Source: a bacterium
GTDB taxonomy: Bacteria; Bdellovibrionota_C; UBA2361; CALJRW01
Length of the DNA stretch: 64,000 nucleotides
NCBI GenBank assembly: GCA_031385045.1
Contig: JANNBC010000024.1
Span: 32,001 to 96,000 of the forward strand
Reading direction: 5' to 3'
The notes under the pieces are model-generated. The model saw only the letters and a list, made by a program, of their open reading frames with translations. It was not told where the DNA came from and did not search any database. Position numbers and translations under genes: made by a program. The first letter of the stretch is position 1. Each line of letters begins with the position of its first letter. Shown one piece after another: positions 29,190-37,525 of the stretch.

Positions 29190-30875
29190 TTAGTTTAATT
29201 CTAGGTCTTTTTCTAAATCTTCTGAGAGATCAAGTTCTTCAGCATCAACTACAAATGAACCAAAAAGGTAAGGCGTTAATAATTTATTTGCCCTTTGAAC
29301 TCCATAGCTATTATTCAAGGAGTTGGTATCAAATTTATCAGGCACTATAAAATTAAGTTTGAGGCTACTGTTATCATTATTACGTCGCCCTGTAATTCTA
29401 ATACTAGTTTTTTGTGTAACTGTTTTATCTCCAATACTGATTTCAGCATTAGCTTCTCCTAGTATAGTGAACTCTGGCCCATTTTCTTGAGTTAATAATG
29501 TTTTGGTTAAACTTACCCTTCTTAATTGAGCATCAGGGTTAGTAGTTATTGGTGGTGATGCAGTAAAAGTTAGGTTTTGAATTTTGCCTTGATTAAAATT
29601 AAGGGTGGCGTCAATAAAAACTGACTCCACATCCTTAAAGATTACAATTTCATTCGGAAGATTCTTTTTTGGCACAGTAACTAACTGTTGAGGAAGTACT
29701 ACAGGAGTTATTACTACGGGGCGTTTGTTTGCTTGATATTTCTCGTATATTAAATAACCAAAGATACTCAGGGCCACTATAGGAAAGATATACAGCAATG
29801 AAGCCAAGTGATTTTTCTTTGTCTTTCTAGCAATTGTAGTTGTGACGTAGGGAGAATATTGAGACTTTTGTCTAGTACTTGTAAGATCGATTACCTCACT
29901 CTTATAGTTTTGGGCAAAGTGTTTTGGTCTATTCCCTCCGACTGCTTCATTTACGGAGTCCTTTAGTTCGTAAGTGTCTCTGTTGCGAATATCTAAATGT
30001 GTCGGATTCTTAGAGAATGTTCCAATGTCATTTGCATTAACCTCATCCAAGGCATCGGCCATCTCAGCACAAGTTTGAAAACGATCTTTAGGTGAAATAG
30101 TGATCGATTTGTTAATCCAGAGAGCAAGTTTTTCAGGACAATCATTACGATACATCCGAGGATCGTAAGGGTTTACCTGTGTTCTTTGTTGCATCTTGAT
30201 AAAAATATTATCCCCCGGAAACGGATCTGTGCCGGTAACCATTTCATAGGCAATAATGCCAAGGGCATAGATATCCGTTCTTTCATCTACTTTTTGGTAC
30301 TGGATATATTCTGGAGCAATATAATTTGTAGATCCAAGCAGTGCCCCTGTTTCTGTCATTCGAGAATTTTTATCCATCATGGAAATTCCAAAGTCAGAAA
30401 TCTTTACAATATTGTCTTCTGTAATTAGAATATTCTCTGGTTTTAAATCGCGGTGGATAATACCATGTTTGTGGAGTGCCCCGGTGCCAGCGCACATTTG
30501 ATATAGATAGTTGATAATTAGCTCGATTGGTAATTGTGAGTTGATCATCATCTTGTCAGCGAGATCTCCACCACGGACATACTCCATAGTATATCCAACT
30601 AAAGAGCCTTCTTTAATAAATTCGTAAGCTCGAACAACATTTTCGTGGGAAACATTTAGTGCCGCAATAACTTCATTATGAAAGCGCTTCATAATTGTTT
30701 CGTCATTAGATATTTCGGGTTTTAAAACTTTTAAAACAAATAGTTTATCTTGGAGATCTTTGTGAGAACAAAGGTAAACATCACCCATAGCTCCTTGACC
30801 TAGAGCGGAGATGATTTTGTACCTTCCGGAAATCATTGTTCCTGGGGTAATTCCAGAGCTGATTATGTCGTTCAC
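29190..30875 (-). CDS. Hanks-type Ser/Thr protein kinase with one TM helix and an uncharacterised extracellular domain
   Basis: LGQGAMGDVY, VLKVL, HRDLKPEN, DFG, YIAPE, DIYALG; TM segment LASLLYIFPIVALSIFGYLIY. Confidence 0.92.
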   Translation of the reverse strand: MNDIISSGITPGTMISGRYKIISALGQGAMGDVYLCSHKDLQDKLFVLKVLKPEISNDETIMKRFHNEVIAALNVSHENVVRAYEFIKEGSLVGYTMEYVRGGDLADKMMINSQLPIELIINYLYQMCAGTGALHKHGIIHRDLKPENILITEDNIVKISDFGISMMDKNSRMTETGALLGSTNYIAPEYIQYQKVDERTDIYALGIIAYEMVTGTDPFPGDNIFIKMQQRTQVNPYDPRMYRNDCPEKLALWINKSITISPKDRFQTCAEMADALDEVNANDIGTFSKNPTHLDIRNRDTYELKDSVNEAVGGNRPKHFAQNYKSEVIDLTSTRQKSQYSPYVTTTIARKTKKNHLASLLYIFPIVALSIFGYLIYEKYQANKRPVVITPVVLPQQLVTVPKKNLPNEIVIFKDVESVFIDATLNFNQGKIQNLTFTASPPITTNPDAQLRRVSLTKTLLTQENGPEFTILGEANAEISIGDKTVTQKTSIRITGRRNNDNSSLKLNFIVPDKFDTNSLNNSYGVQRANKLLTPYLFGSFVVDAEELDLSEDLEKDLELN

Positions 30876-31144
30876 TTAACTATGTCCTTAATATTCATCG
30901 ATAGATCTAGTCCTAGGTTAAATAAATATTACTAGATCAAAAGTATCTGTAAATTGCAAAGCTTCAGCAGGAGTCAACTTTCTAAGTAGCTATCGGTAAC
31001 CTAACAGTAAATCTTGAGTTAGCTAGGGATATTAAATATCTAAGAAAAACTCCTATCTAGTCAATTTTACTGTATATTAATTATCAAAATAATTAACCAG
31101 AGTTCAATACTCTTCAGGTTTGTTATACTTTGAATTACTCTGTT

Positions 31145-32056
31145 TTAATAGAGAAAAAATTCAGCCTGTTGCTGATAAGTATCCTCCATTCCTAGTACTT
31201 TATTTAACAGACTCAGCTTGGTTCCAAAAATCTTTCTAAATCTGGCAAACTTATCCTCGCTATAGGTTAACTTTGGAGTTTCATTTGCAGCTAAGGGTTG
31301 ACCTTTAATTTGATAGATTGCTCTAGCTGCTGCATAAATGTCTCCAATCTCATCAGCCAAGCCCAGTTCTACTGCTTCGCTTCCTAGGATTAATCGACCA
31401 TCAGCATACTTTTTGACTTCTTCGATATTCAGATTTCTTCCTTCCGCCACATCATGTAAAAATTGTTGGTATATTTTATCAACAGTAGATTGTAGAAAGC
31501 TACGATCTTGTTCTGTTAGTGCTCGTGTGGGGTTACCAACATCTTTTAACTGGCCACTTTTGATAGTTAAGAAATCTACACCGTACTTTTCTGTTAGTTT
31601 ATGAAAATTGGGAATTTGGACGATAACTCCAATTGATCCAGTTTGAGTACCAGGTTGAAGGAAGATTTTACTTGCTGCTAGTGCAGAGTAAAGTCCGCCA
31701 GAAGCAGCAACAGATCCCATAGAGACTACAATTGGCTTGATACTTTTAAGAGTTTTAACTGCATTGTAAATTTCTTGAGAAGGAGCGACAGCGCCCCCGG
31801 GAGAGTCAATTCTTAAAATTACGCCATCCACACTTTCGTCATTAACTTGCGTATAAAGATCTTGGACAATTGATTTTGAGTCCATGATTGGTCCTAGTAA
31901 TTCAACTACTGCTACATTATGTTTGCTAGGCAAAAGTGATGAACTACTTTTATTAGATATTTTACTTATGGTTGTAGCTAGGAGTACAGGTATTAGAAAA
32001 ATAAAAATGAAGATAACAGTAATAAATTTGGCTAACCAAAGAAGATAGGATTTCAT
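31145..32056 (-). CDS. sppA: Signal peptide peptidase SppA (36K type, S49)
   Basis: LRIDSPGG, AASGGLY, TGSIGVI, IKSGQLKD, ADGR..LG..A..LGLAD. Confidence 0.93.
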   Translation of the reverse strand: MKSYLLWLAKFITVIFIFIFLIPVLLATTISKISNKSSSSLLPSKHNVAVVELLGPIMDSKSIVQDLYTQVNDESVDGVILRIDSPGGAVAPSQEIYNAVKTLKSIKPIVVSMGSVAASGGLYSALAASKIFLQPGTQTGSIGVIVQIPNFHKLTEKYGVDFLTIKSGQLKDVGNPTRALTEQDRSFLQSTVDKIYQQFLHDVAEGRNLNIEEVKKYADGRLILGSEAVELGLADEIGDIYAAARAIYQIKGQPLAANETPKLTYSEDKFARFRKIFGTKLSLLNKVLGMEDTYQQQAEFFLY

Positions 32057-32062
32057 ATTTGT

Positions 32063-32467
32063 TTACTTATTAATAACAGTTAAAAAGACAATTAAGAACA
32101 TGCAAATACCAGCTATGCCATGAATAACCATCGGAAGTTTAGAATTTGCCTGGGGGCTTTTTACTACCTTGATCATTAAGATACTAGCTACAAAAAGAAT
32201 AATTGCTAGGGTTAACTTTCCATGAAACCAGCCTTGGGTCATGTAATAGCCCATACCCTTACTCATTAATTGATAGGTTCCAGTAAGTACAGTTATAACT
32301 AACCCCGGTAACATCCAACCAAAAACAATTTTTTTAGACCAAGCTGAGATACTCGCTAGTTGATTATTCTTTGCAGACAAAGCTATGATACGAGAAGAAA
32401 TCAAGAGACTTCCTGTCCACATTATAAACCCTATAATATGAAGGGCAATCGAAATTTTTAAATCCAT
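32063..32467 (-). CDS. hemJ: HemJ/CopD-family membrane protein (probable protoporphyrinogen IX oxidase)
   Basis: ALHIIGFIMW and GWFHGKLTL motifs, four TM helices. Confidence 0.65.
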   Translation of the reverse strand: MDLKISIALHIIGFIMWTGSLLISSRIIALSAKNNQLASISAWSKKIVFGWMLPGLVITVLTGTYQLMSKGMGYYMTQGWFHGKLTLAIILFVASILMIKVVKSPQANSKLPMVIHGIAGICMFLIVFLTVINK

Positions 32468-32504
32468 AAAGTTAATTTGCTAATAAATTTAGGCTGACAG
32501 TATC

Positions 32505-32795
32505 ATGAGAGATAAGATAATTGAAGAGTTAAAAAAAATTGAAGATCCCGATGTTTTTTTGGATATTTGGTTCTTGGGACTAATCTACGAGATTGAGTAT
32601 GATGAAAAAGAACAGTCGGCTAAGATTACGATGACTTTTACTACTCCGCTTTGCCCATCGGGGCCTGATTTGGTGCAGCAAGTAAATGATCGCTTATTGG
32701 ATTTAGATGGGATTTCCCAAGTGGAAGTGATTGTTACTTTTGATCCAGCTTGGCAGGCTAATGAAGAAGTTAAAGCGCTTTTGGGGTTAATTTAA
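32505..32795 (+). CDS. DUF59/SufT metal-sulfur cluster assembly factor
   Basis: IEDPD..LDIWFLGLIY, MTFTTPLCP, TFDPAW. Confidence 0.9.
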   Translation: MRDKIIEELKKIEDPDVFLDIWFLGLIYEIEYDEKEQSAKITMTFTTPLCPSGPDLVQQVNDRLLDLDGISQVEVIVTFDPAWQANEEVKALLGLI

Positions 32796-32964
32796 AGTCT
32801 CCCTGTTTTTTATTCGCTTCGCGAATAAGTTTTTGATACTTGGGACATTGATTTCATGGGCAATCCGCTGTCGCCAGACGATATTGGGAATCTGGGAGAT
32901 TTTGTGGGGCTTTGGCGTGATAAAGTCTCCCTGTTTTTTATTCGCTTCGCGAATAAGTTTTTGA
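32793..32964. repeat. Two identical 44-bp direct repeats, each with an internal hairpin, separated by 84 bp
   Basis: TAAAGTCTCCCTGTTTTTTATTCGCTTCGCGAATAAGTTTTTGA at 32793-32836 and 32921-32964. Confidence 0.9.
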
Positions 32965-33004
32965 AGACTTTACTTTACTAATAATTAAAATCTTGGTAGT
33001 TTTC

Positions 33005-33131
33005 TGACTGTATCAAGAGGGTGTGTTTCTGCATTGCACGTCCAGCAACCTTTATAATTTAAAGGTGCTCGCAGTAAGTCCTTCGTTGCTAAAAAGTTTC
33101 GGCAATTGGAGTTAGGATATTGATACGGTCA
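33005..33131 (+). ncRNA. SAM-I-family (S-box) riboswitch, atypical variant
   Basis: P1 TGACTGTATC/GATACGGTCA, J1/2 AAGA, P3 AGCAACCTTTA...TAAAGGTGCT, pseudoknot CTGC (33029-33032)/GCAG (33071-33074); upstream of a MetX-like gene. Confidence 0.85.
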
Positions 33132-33254
33132 TCACGACAAAAATTAGGATCAAGCTCACACTTCTCCTAAATAATTCGTATACCGGAAAACAATATATTA
33201 CTCATTAAAGTAAGGCTTTAAAGCTTGATACAGGTATTTTGTTTTTATACTTGT

Positions 33255-34508
33255 ATGTCTGCCTCATCTGCCGCACCTAAGCTATTTGAACCAATAACGC
33301 CGAGAGCAACTTCTGGGATTGGGCTTGCTGTTTTTAATCCAAAAGATTCACTTCTTACCTCTGGACGCGAGCAATCGTTTGTTGACGATCAGCTAGTTTT
33401 AAGATGTGGTGAGACTGTAGCAGCAGAGCTTAGTTATCGACTTTTTCATAATAACCAAGGCAATCCTTGGGAAAAGCCAATTGTCATTGTGCACAAAGCT
33501 TTGACTGGAAGTACTAATGCCTTTACTGAGGGATCTGCTTCGCAAGGGGATGGCTGGGGTAATTTCATGAAAGATTTACCTAAATTTAATTTAGATAAAT
33601 ATACAATTTTAGTTGTTGAACCTCTGGGTGGTAATTCTCAAGGATTAAGTCCTCAACACAATTGTTCTGGGCGTGATTTTTTCATGAATCATGGAGAGAT
33701 TGCCCTTTCTAGTTATGACACAGTTACGCTTTTAACTAAATTGCTTAAGACGGAAGGTGTTGATGAGGTTGATAATATTACCTGTTTTTCAATGGGTGGT
33801 ATCACATTGCCAGCTTGGCTCACACAGACTGAAATTAAAATCAGAGAAATTCATAATCATTTTACAAATTACCAGATCAATGATGTTACCAGAGAGTATT
33901 GGCAGATCCAATTAGATCTTTTGGCTCGGCCTGGAGTAACTCCTGATTTTACTCAAATTGCTTCAGGCTTAGAGAAAAATCTGGATGTGGATTGTACTTG
34001 TATTGAGAATAGTACTTTTAATGCCTGTATCTATTATCTTAAAGGTAAGATTGAACAATTAGAAAAGGTACATCAGACTGAGGATTATGACGATTATTTG
34101 AATGAAGCATTAAAAGTTGTCCGTGCCGTTTCCTTTCTTAGATTTCAGACCCCTGAAAACTATGATGTTCGAACGATGGGTAGTTCTATAGATTTTTTAA
34201 TGAATCAAGCCGAAGCTTTTCCTGCTCGGATGGATCCTTACAGTTATGTTTCTTTACTAAAGCAAATGTTAGATAACTCATTTCCTTCTCCTGAGGAACT
34301 TAAGCTAGCTAAAGATCCAGATACAAAAATTACTTACATCTTACCAGAATATGAAATGATCTTTCCAGATCCCTACGCCTGTCCAGAGACCAAGTTGGCC
34401 GATAAGCTTCATGTAATTCTTCGAAGTCAGACTGAGGATTGGGGGCATGACTTTTTCTTATCAGACTTATATTCTCAGGTTTTTCGTGCTATGACTGGGT
34501 CTAGGTAA
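33255..34508 (+). CDS. Divergent homoserine O-acyltransferase (MetX)-like alpha/beta hydrolase
   Basis: LRCGETV..LSY, VHKALTGS (cf. HALTG), FSMGG nucleophile elbow, RMDPYSY, WGHDFFL; preceded by a SAM riboswitch. Start set at ATG 33255; the track uses TTG 33225. Confidence 0.7.
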   Translation: MSASSAAPKLFEPITPRATSGIGLAVFNPKDSLLTSGREQSFVDDQLVLRCGETVAAELSYRLFHNNQGNPWEKPIVIVHKALTGSTNAFTEGSASQGDGWGNFMKDLPKFNLDKYTILVVEPLGGNSQGLSPQHNCSGRDFFMNHGEIALSSYDTVTLLTKLLKTEGVDEVDNITCFSMGGITLPAWLTQTEIKIREIHNHFTNYQINDVTREYWQIQLDLLARPGVTPDFTQIASGLEKNLDVDCTCIENSTFNACIYYLKGKIEQLEKVHQTEDYDDYLNEALKVVRAVSFLRFQTPENYDVRTMGSSIDFLMNQAEAFPARMDPYSYVSLLKQMLDNSFPSPEELKLAKDPDTKITYILPEYEMIFPDPYACPETKLADKLHVILRSQTEDWGHDFFLSDLYSQVFRAMTGSR

Positions 34509-34561
34509 TATTCGATCTGTTACTTTTGTGATCTTTCATGAATCGAGTTATGCTATTATAA

Positions 34562-34758
34562 TCATCGCTTTTCATTTTTGATAAAAAATGAAAAGAAAGG
34601 TGAGCGAGCAAAAACCTGTCAAAGACAGGTTTTGCCGTAGAAAACAACACCAAACCCTATGCAAATCAGCGGTGAGTATTGGTTTTGTCTTCTACGGTGT
34701 AACTTGGCTAACGCCAAGATTGCGTTTGCCCTCCGCAAATTTCATCTGCGGAGGGTTT
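34562..34758 (+). ncRNA. Candidate structured RNA or structured repeat (five hairpins, one four-way junction); family and strand unconfirmed
   Basis: Stems at 34568-34595, 34611-34633, 34634-34698, 34703-34718 and 34729-34755; junction closed by GCGAGC/GTTTGC. Confidence 0.5.
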
Positions 34759-34818
34759 AAATAGCCAAAATAATCCATCCGCTAGTCTATGTACTTAACT
34801 ATTTATAAATAATCACAA

Positions 34819-35472
34819 TTGGATACCTCCCTAACTTTTTTAGCAATTCTGGAAAAAGCTTTAATTTTTATTCCGCCACTTTTAGTTGCTATGGTGCTTC
34901 ATGAAATAGCCCACGCCTATGTTGCTTATCGCCTGGGAGATCCTACAGCTAAAAACTTAAATCGGCTTAATCTTAATCCGCTAGTTCACATTGATCCAAT
35001 TTGGACTGTTTTGGTTCCGGGATTATTAATTTTTAGTGGTTCACCAATTGTTTTTGGATCCGCTAAGCCGGTACCAGTTGATCCAAGATATTTTAAAGAT
35101 CCGCGAAGAGGAATGATGTGGGTTGCTATTGCAGGACCAATAATTAATTTTATAATTGCTGGAATATCCTTTATCCTTTTTAAACTATTAATAATTTTTG
35201 TTTCACAAGAATTCTATTTTGCAGAATTGTTTTATTCCTGGTTAGCATACAGTGTCCTAATGAACTTAGTACTTGGACTATTTAATTTATTACCAATTCC
35301 ACCGTTAGATGGGGGCAGGATTATGGTGGGGATTTTACCACTGAAATTAGCGATTAAATATTCTCGAATTGAGCGATTTGGATTTATAATTGTTATCGCC
35401 ATGATTTATTTCAAGGTACCTCAGCTTTACTTAGCTCCAATACTTGATTGGGTACTCGGGCAATTGCATTGA
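34819..35472 (+). CDS. Site-2 protease family (M50) membrane metalloprotease
   Basis: HEIAH, GDPTAK, NPLVHID, AGPIIN, FNLLPIPPLDGG. Confidence 0.93.
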   Translation: MDTSLTFLAILEKALIFIPPLLVAMVLHEIAHAYVAYRLGDPTAKNLNRLNLNPLVHIDPIWTVLVPGLLIFSGSPIVFGSAKPVPVDPRYFKDPRRGMMWVAIAGPIINFIIAGISFILFKLLIIFVSQEFYFAELFYSWLAYSVLMNLVLGLFNLLPIPPLDGGRIMVGILPLKLAIKYSRIERFGFIIVIAMIYFKVPQLYLAPILDWVLGQLH

Positions 35473-35572
35473 AATCGCTTAAATTCGAATATTTTTTAGC
35501 ATATCCCGTCTGATTATTAGTGTTTTTAAGTAAAACTAATGTTTTTACAGCTTGTCACCGATAGTTTTAATA

Positions 35573-36001
35573 ATGAAGAGATTGTCTAAGCTTTCAGACA
35601 TATTGCAGATTCTGTTTATCGGGTTATTATTACTTACTGCCACAGTTAATTGTTGTCCAAATGAGCACTCACAAGCAGCCAAACAGGCTTCTGGGGAACA
35701 TGATTGTTGTAGAAAAGATAATTCTAAAAATAAAAAACATTCAGACCATCAAAACTGCATAGACTGTCAGCATGGAATTAAAATTGTTGAGTCAGGAAAG
35801 TTAGATTTAGCAAAATTAATCCTCAGTCAAACTAATGTGTCTAACTTTTTATTAGTTAGCTCTGATCTTAATGCCGTAAATTATCATTTCCAGACAGAGC
35901 GTCGGTCTGATAATTTCTCCAATGCTCCCAATCCTCTTTTTGCATCTAAGCTAATTAGCCCACTTGCCCTATCACCAAACGCACCGCCACTCCAAGCTTA
36001 A
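35573..36001 (+). CDS. Cys/His-rich secreted leader protein with a C-terminal proline-rich tail (DUF2946/CruR/CutF-like architecture)
   Basis: Hydrophobic N-terminus, CC...HDCC...HQNCIDCQH, ends SPNAPPLQA; first gene of a metal-related cluster. Confidence 0.6.
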   Translation: MKRLSKLSDILQILFIGLLLLTATVNCCPNEHSQAAKQASGEHDCCRKDNSKNKKHSDHQNCIDCQHGIKIVESGKLDLAKLILSQTNVSNFLLVSSDLNAVNYHFQTERRSDNFSNAPNPLFASKLISPLALSPNAPPLQA

Positions 36002-36087
36002 TTTTTTGCACCGTCTCTTAGACTACATAAAATTTTGTAATTGTTCAGGCAATTGCTAATCAGAATAATTACTTTCAGTGAATAACG

Positions 36088-36717
36088 ATGAAGTGGCTTT
36101 GTATATTTCTATCAATCATAGTTTTCTTTAATAGCTCTTGGGCACATCCTGTAAGTTACAAGGATGCTTATGGAATTATGCCTACGATTATGGCCAATCG
36201 TCAGGAATTAGAACTAAATTATTCCTTTAGTAATAATCAGGCTTTTGGAGTTTCGGCAATCAAGATTGAAGGAAAAGATTCGGAGTATCAATTTCTTATC
36301 CCCCGATATAATCAGCGAATTTTCAGACGCAATCAATTAGATTCACAGCTTAATTTATATCTGACTGCTGGGCTGGGAGTAGTGGATGAAAATGATTCTA
36401 GCAATCCCGCCTTGCTCACTGGACTACAATTTGATTATGAAACCCGCCGAATTTACACCTTATTTTTAACGGAACATTTAGAAAATAATGGAGGCAGAGA
36501 TTTTTGGAGCTCGCGTTATCGTCTTGGAGTCGCGCCATATTTAGCTGACTTTGAAGGTTTGCATACTTGGTTAATTGCGCAAGCTGATTATAACCCAGCA
36601 ACTATGAATGGCGTGATGTTTTCACCCGTAGTTAGATTTTTTTATAAAAATTATTTGCTGGAAGTAGGTAGTAGTTTAAATGGTCAATTATTTATGGCGG
36701 GAATTTTTCATTTTTAA
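36088..36717 (+). CDS. Secreted protein, probable outer-membrane beta-barrel, in a metal-handling cluster
   Basis: Signal peptide SWA|HP leaves His at mature position 1; alternating beta-strands; C-terminal aromatic (IFHF). Confidence 0.65.
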   Translation: MKWLCIFLSIIVFFNSSWAHPVSYKDAYGIMPTIMANRQELELNYSFSNNQAFGVSAIKIEGKDSEYQFLIPRYNQRIFRRNQLDSQLNLYLTAGLGVVDENDSSNPALLTGLQFDYETRRIYTLFLTEHLENNGGRDFWSSRYRLGVAPYLADFEGLHTWLIAQADYNPATMNGVMFSPVVRFFYKNYLLEVGSSLNGQLFMAGIFHF

Positions 36718-36730
36718 TCTGGAGAAATAT

Positions 36731-37024
36731 ATGAAGACTTTATTAATAATCTTAATCCTTATTATGCCTCAGGTACTAATTGCCGAAGAAATTAAGGTAA
36801 CTGTAAGTGGAATGGTTTGTTCTTTCTGTGCCCAAGGTATCAAAAAGAACTTAATGAAAGTGCCAGGAGTTAAAGAGGTTATTCCAAACTTAGCAGATAA
36901 GACAGTCTTAATTTATACAGATGAAGCTGTAACAGTTACAGATCCTCAAATTGCTACTGTAATTAATGATGCTGGCTATGGTATTTTAGAAACATCAAGG
37001 AGTTCTAATGAAAAAGTTAATTAA
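36731..37024 (+). CDS. Periplasmic heavy-metal-associated (HMA) domain protein (MerP/CopZ-like)
   Basis: GGAGA RBS, signal peptide, VSGMVCSFCAQGI, INDAGY. Confidence 0.88.
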   Translation: MKTLLIILILIMPQVLIAEEIKVTVSGMVCSFCAQGIKKNLMKVPGVKEVIPNLADKTVLIYTDEAVTVTDPQIATVINDAGYGILETSRSSNEKVN

Positions 37025-37370
37025 TTTTCTAACCCTCTTCGGATCGTTGGGTACTTTAATTTGCTGTGCACTACCCGCACTCTTAGTGAGTTTAGGGTTG
37101 GGAGCAACTGTAGTTTCAGCAACGAGTAACTTTCCACAGTTAATTTGGATTTCTGAAAATAAACTTTTAGTATTTATTTTTGCTGGAGTAATGTTGGCAC
37201 TTGCAACATTTGGGTATTATTCAGGACAAAAAATGAGTTGTCCAATTGATGCTGACTTGGCAGAGGCTTGTCGCTCAAGTAAATCTTTTTCCAAATATAT
37301 CTTAATACTATCGGCAATTTTGTACTTAATTGGATTTAGCTTTGCGTTTATTTTGCCATACTTTTTCTGA
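37008..37370 (+). CDS. MerT/MerC-like small metal transporter
   Basis: TLICCALP in TM1, cytoplasmic CP...AC pair, hydrophobic helices; AAGGAG RBS. Confidence 0.75.
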   Translation: MKKLINFLTLFGSLGTLICCALPALLVSLGLGATVVSATSNFPQLIWISENKLLVFIFAGVMLALATFGYYSGQKMSCPIDADLAEACRSSKSFSKYILILSAILYLIGFSFAFILPYFF

Positions 37371-37525
37371 AGTTTGTAATACTAAACTCTTATTTTAAGT
37401 AGAAAGGAAGTCTAAATTATGTATCAACTTTAGGATGTCCCTGTAAATCTTCTCAAAACAGACAATTTTTGTGGCAGATTGAATCAACTTATTGATTTTT
37501 AAGTAAAAATTGCTAAACTGTGGGG

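Noticed and set aside
32793..32964. CRISPR array
   Set aside because: Only two repeats, an 84-bp spacer far longer than typical CRISPR spacers, and no cas gene in the window; kept as an unexplained direct repeat
34562..34758. 6S RNA, SRP RNA, tmRNA or c-di-GMP riboswitch
   Set aside because: Not a single long rod with a central bubble, and no SRP GGAA domain IV motif, tRNA-like ends or GEMM consensus that I could match
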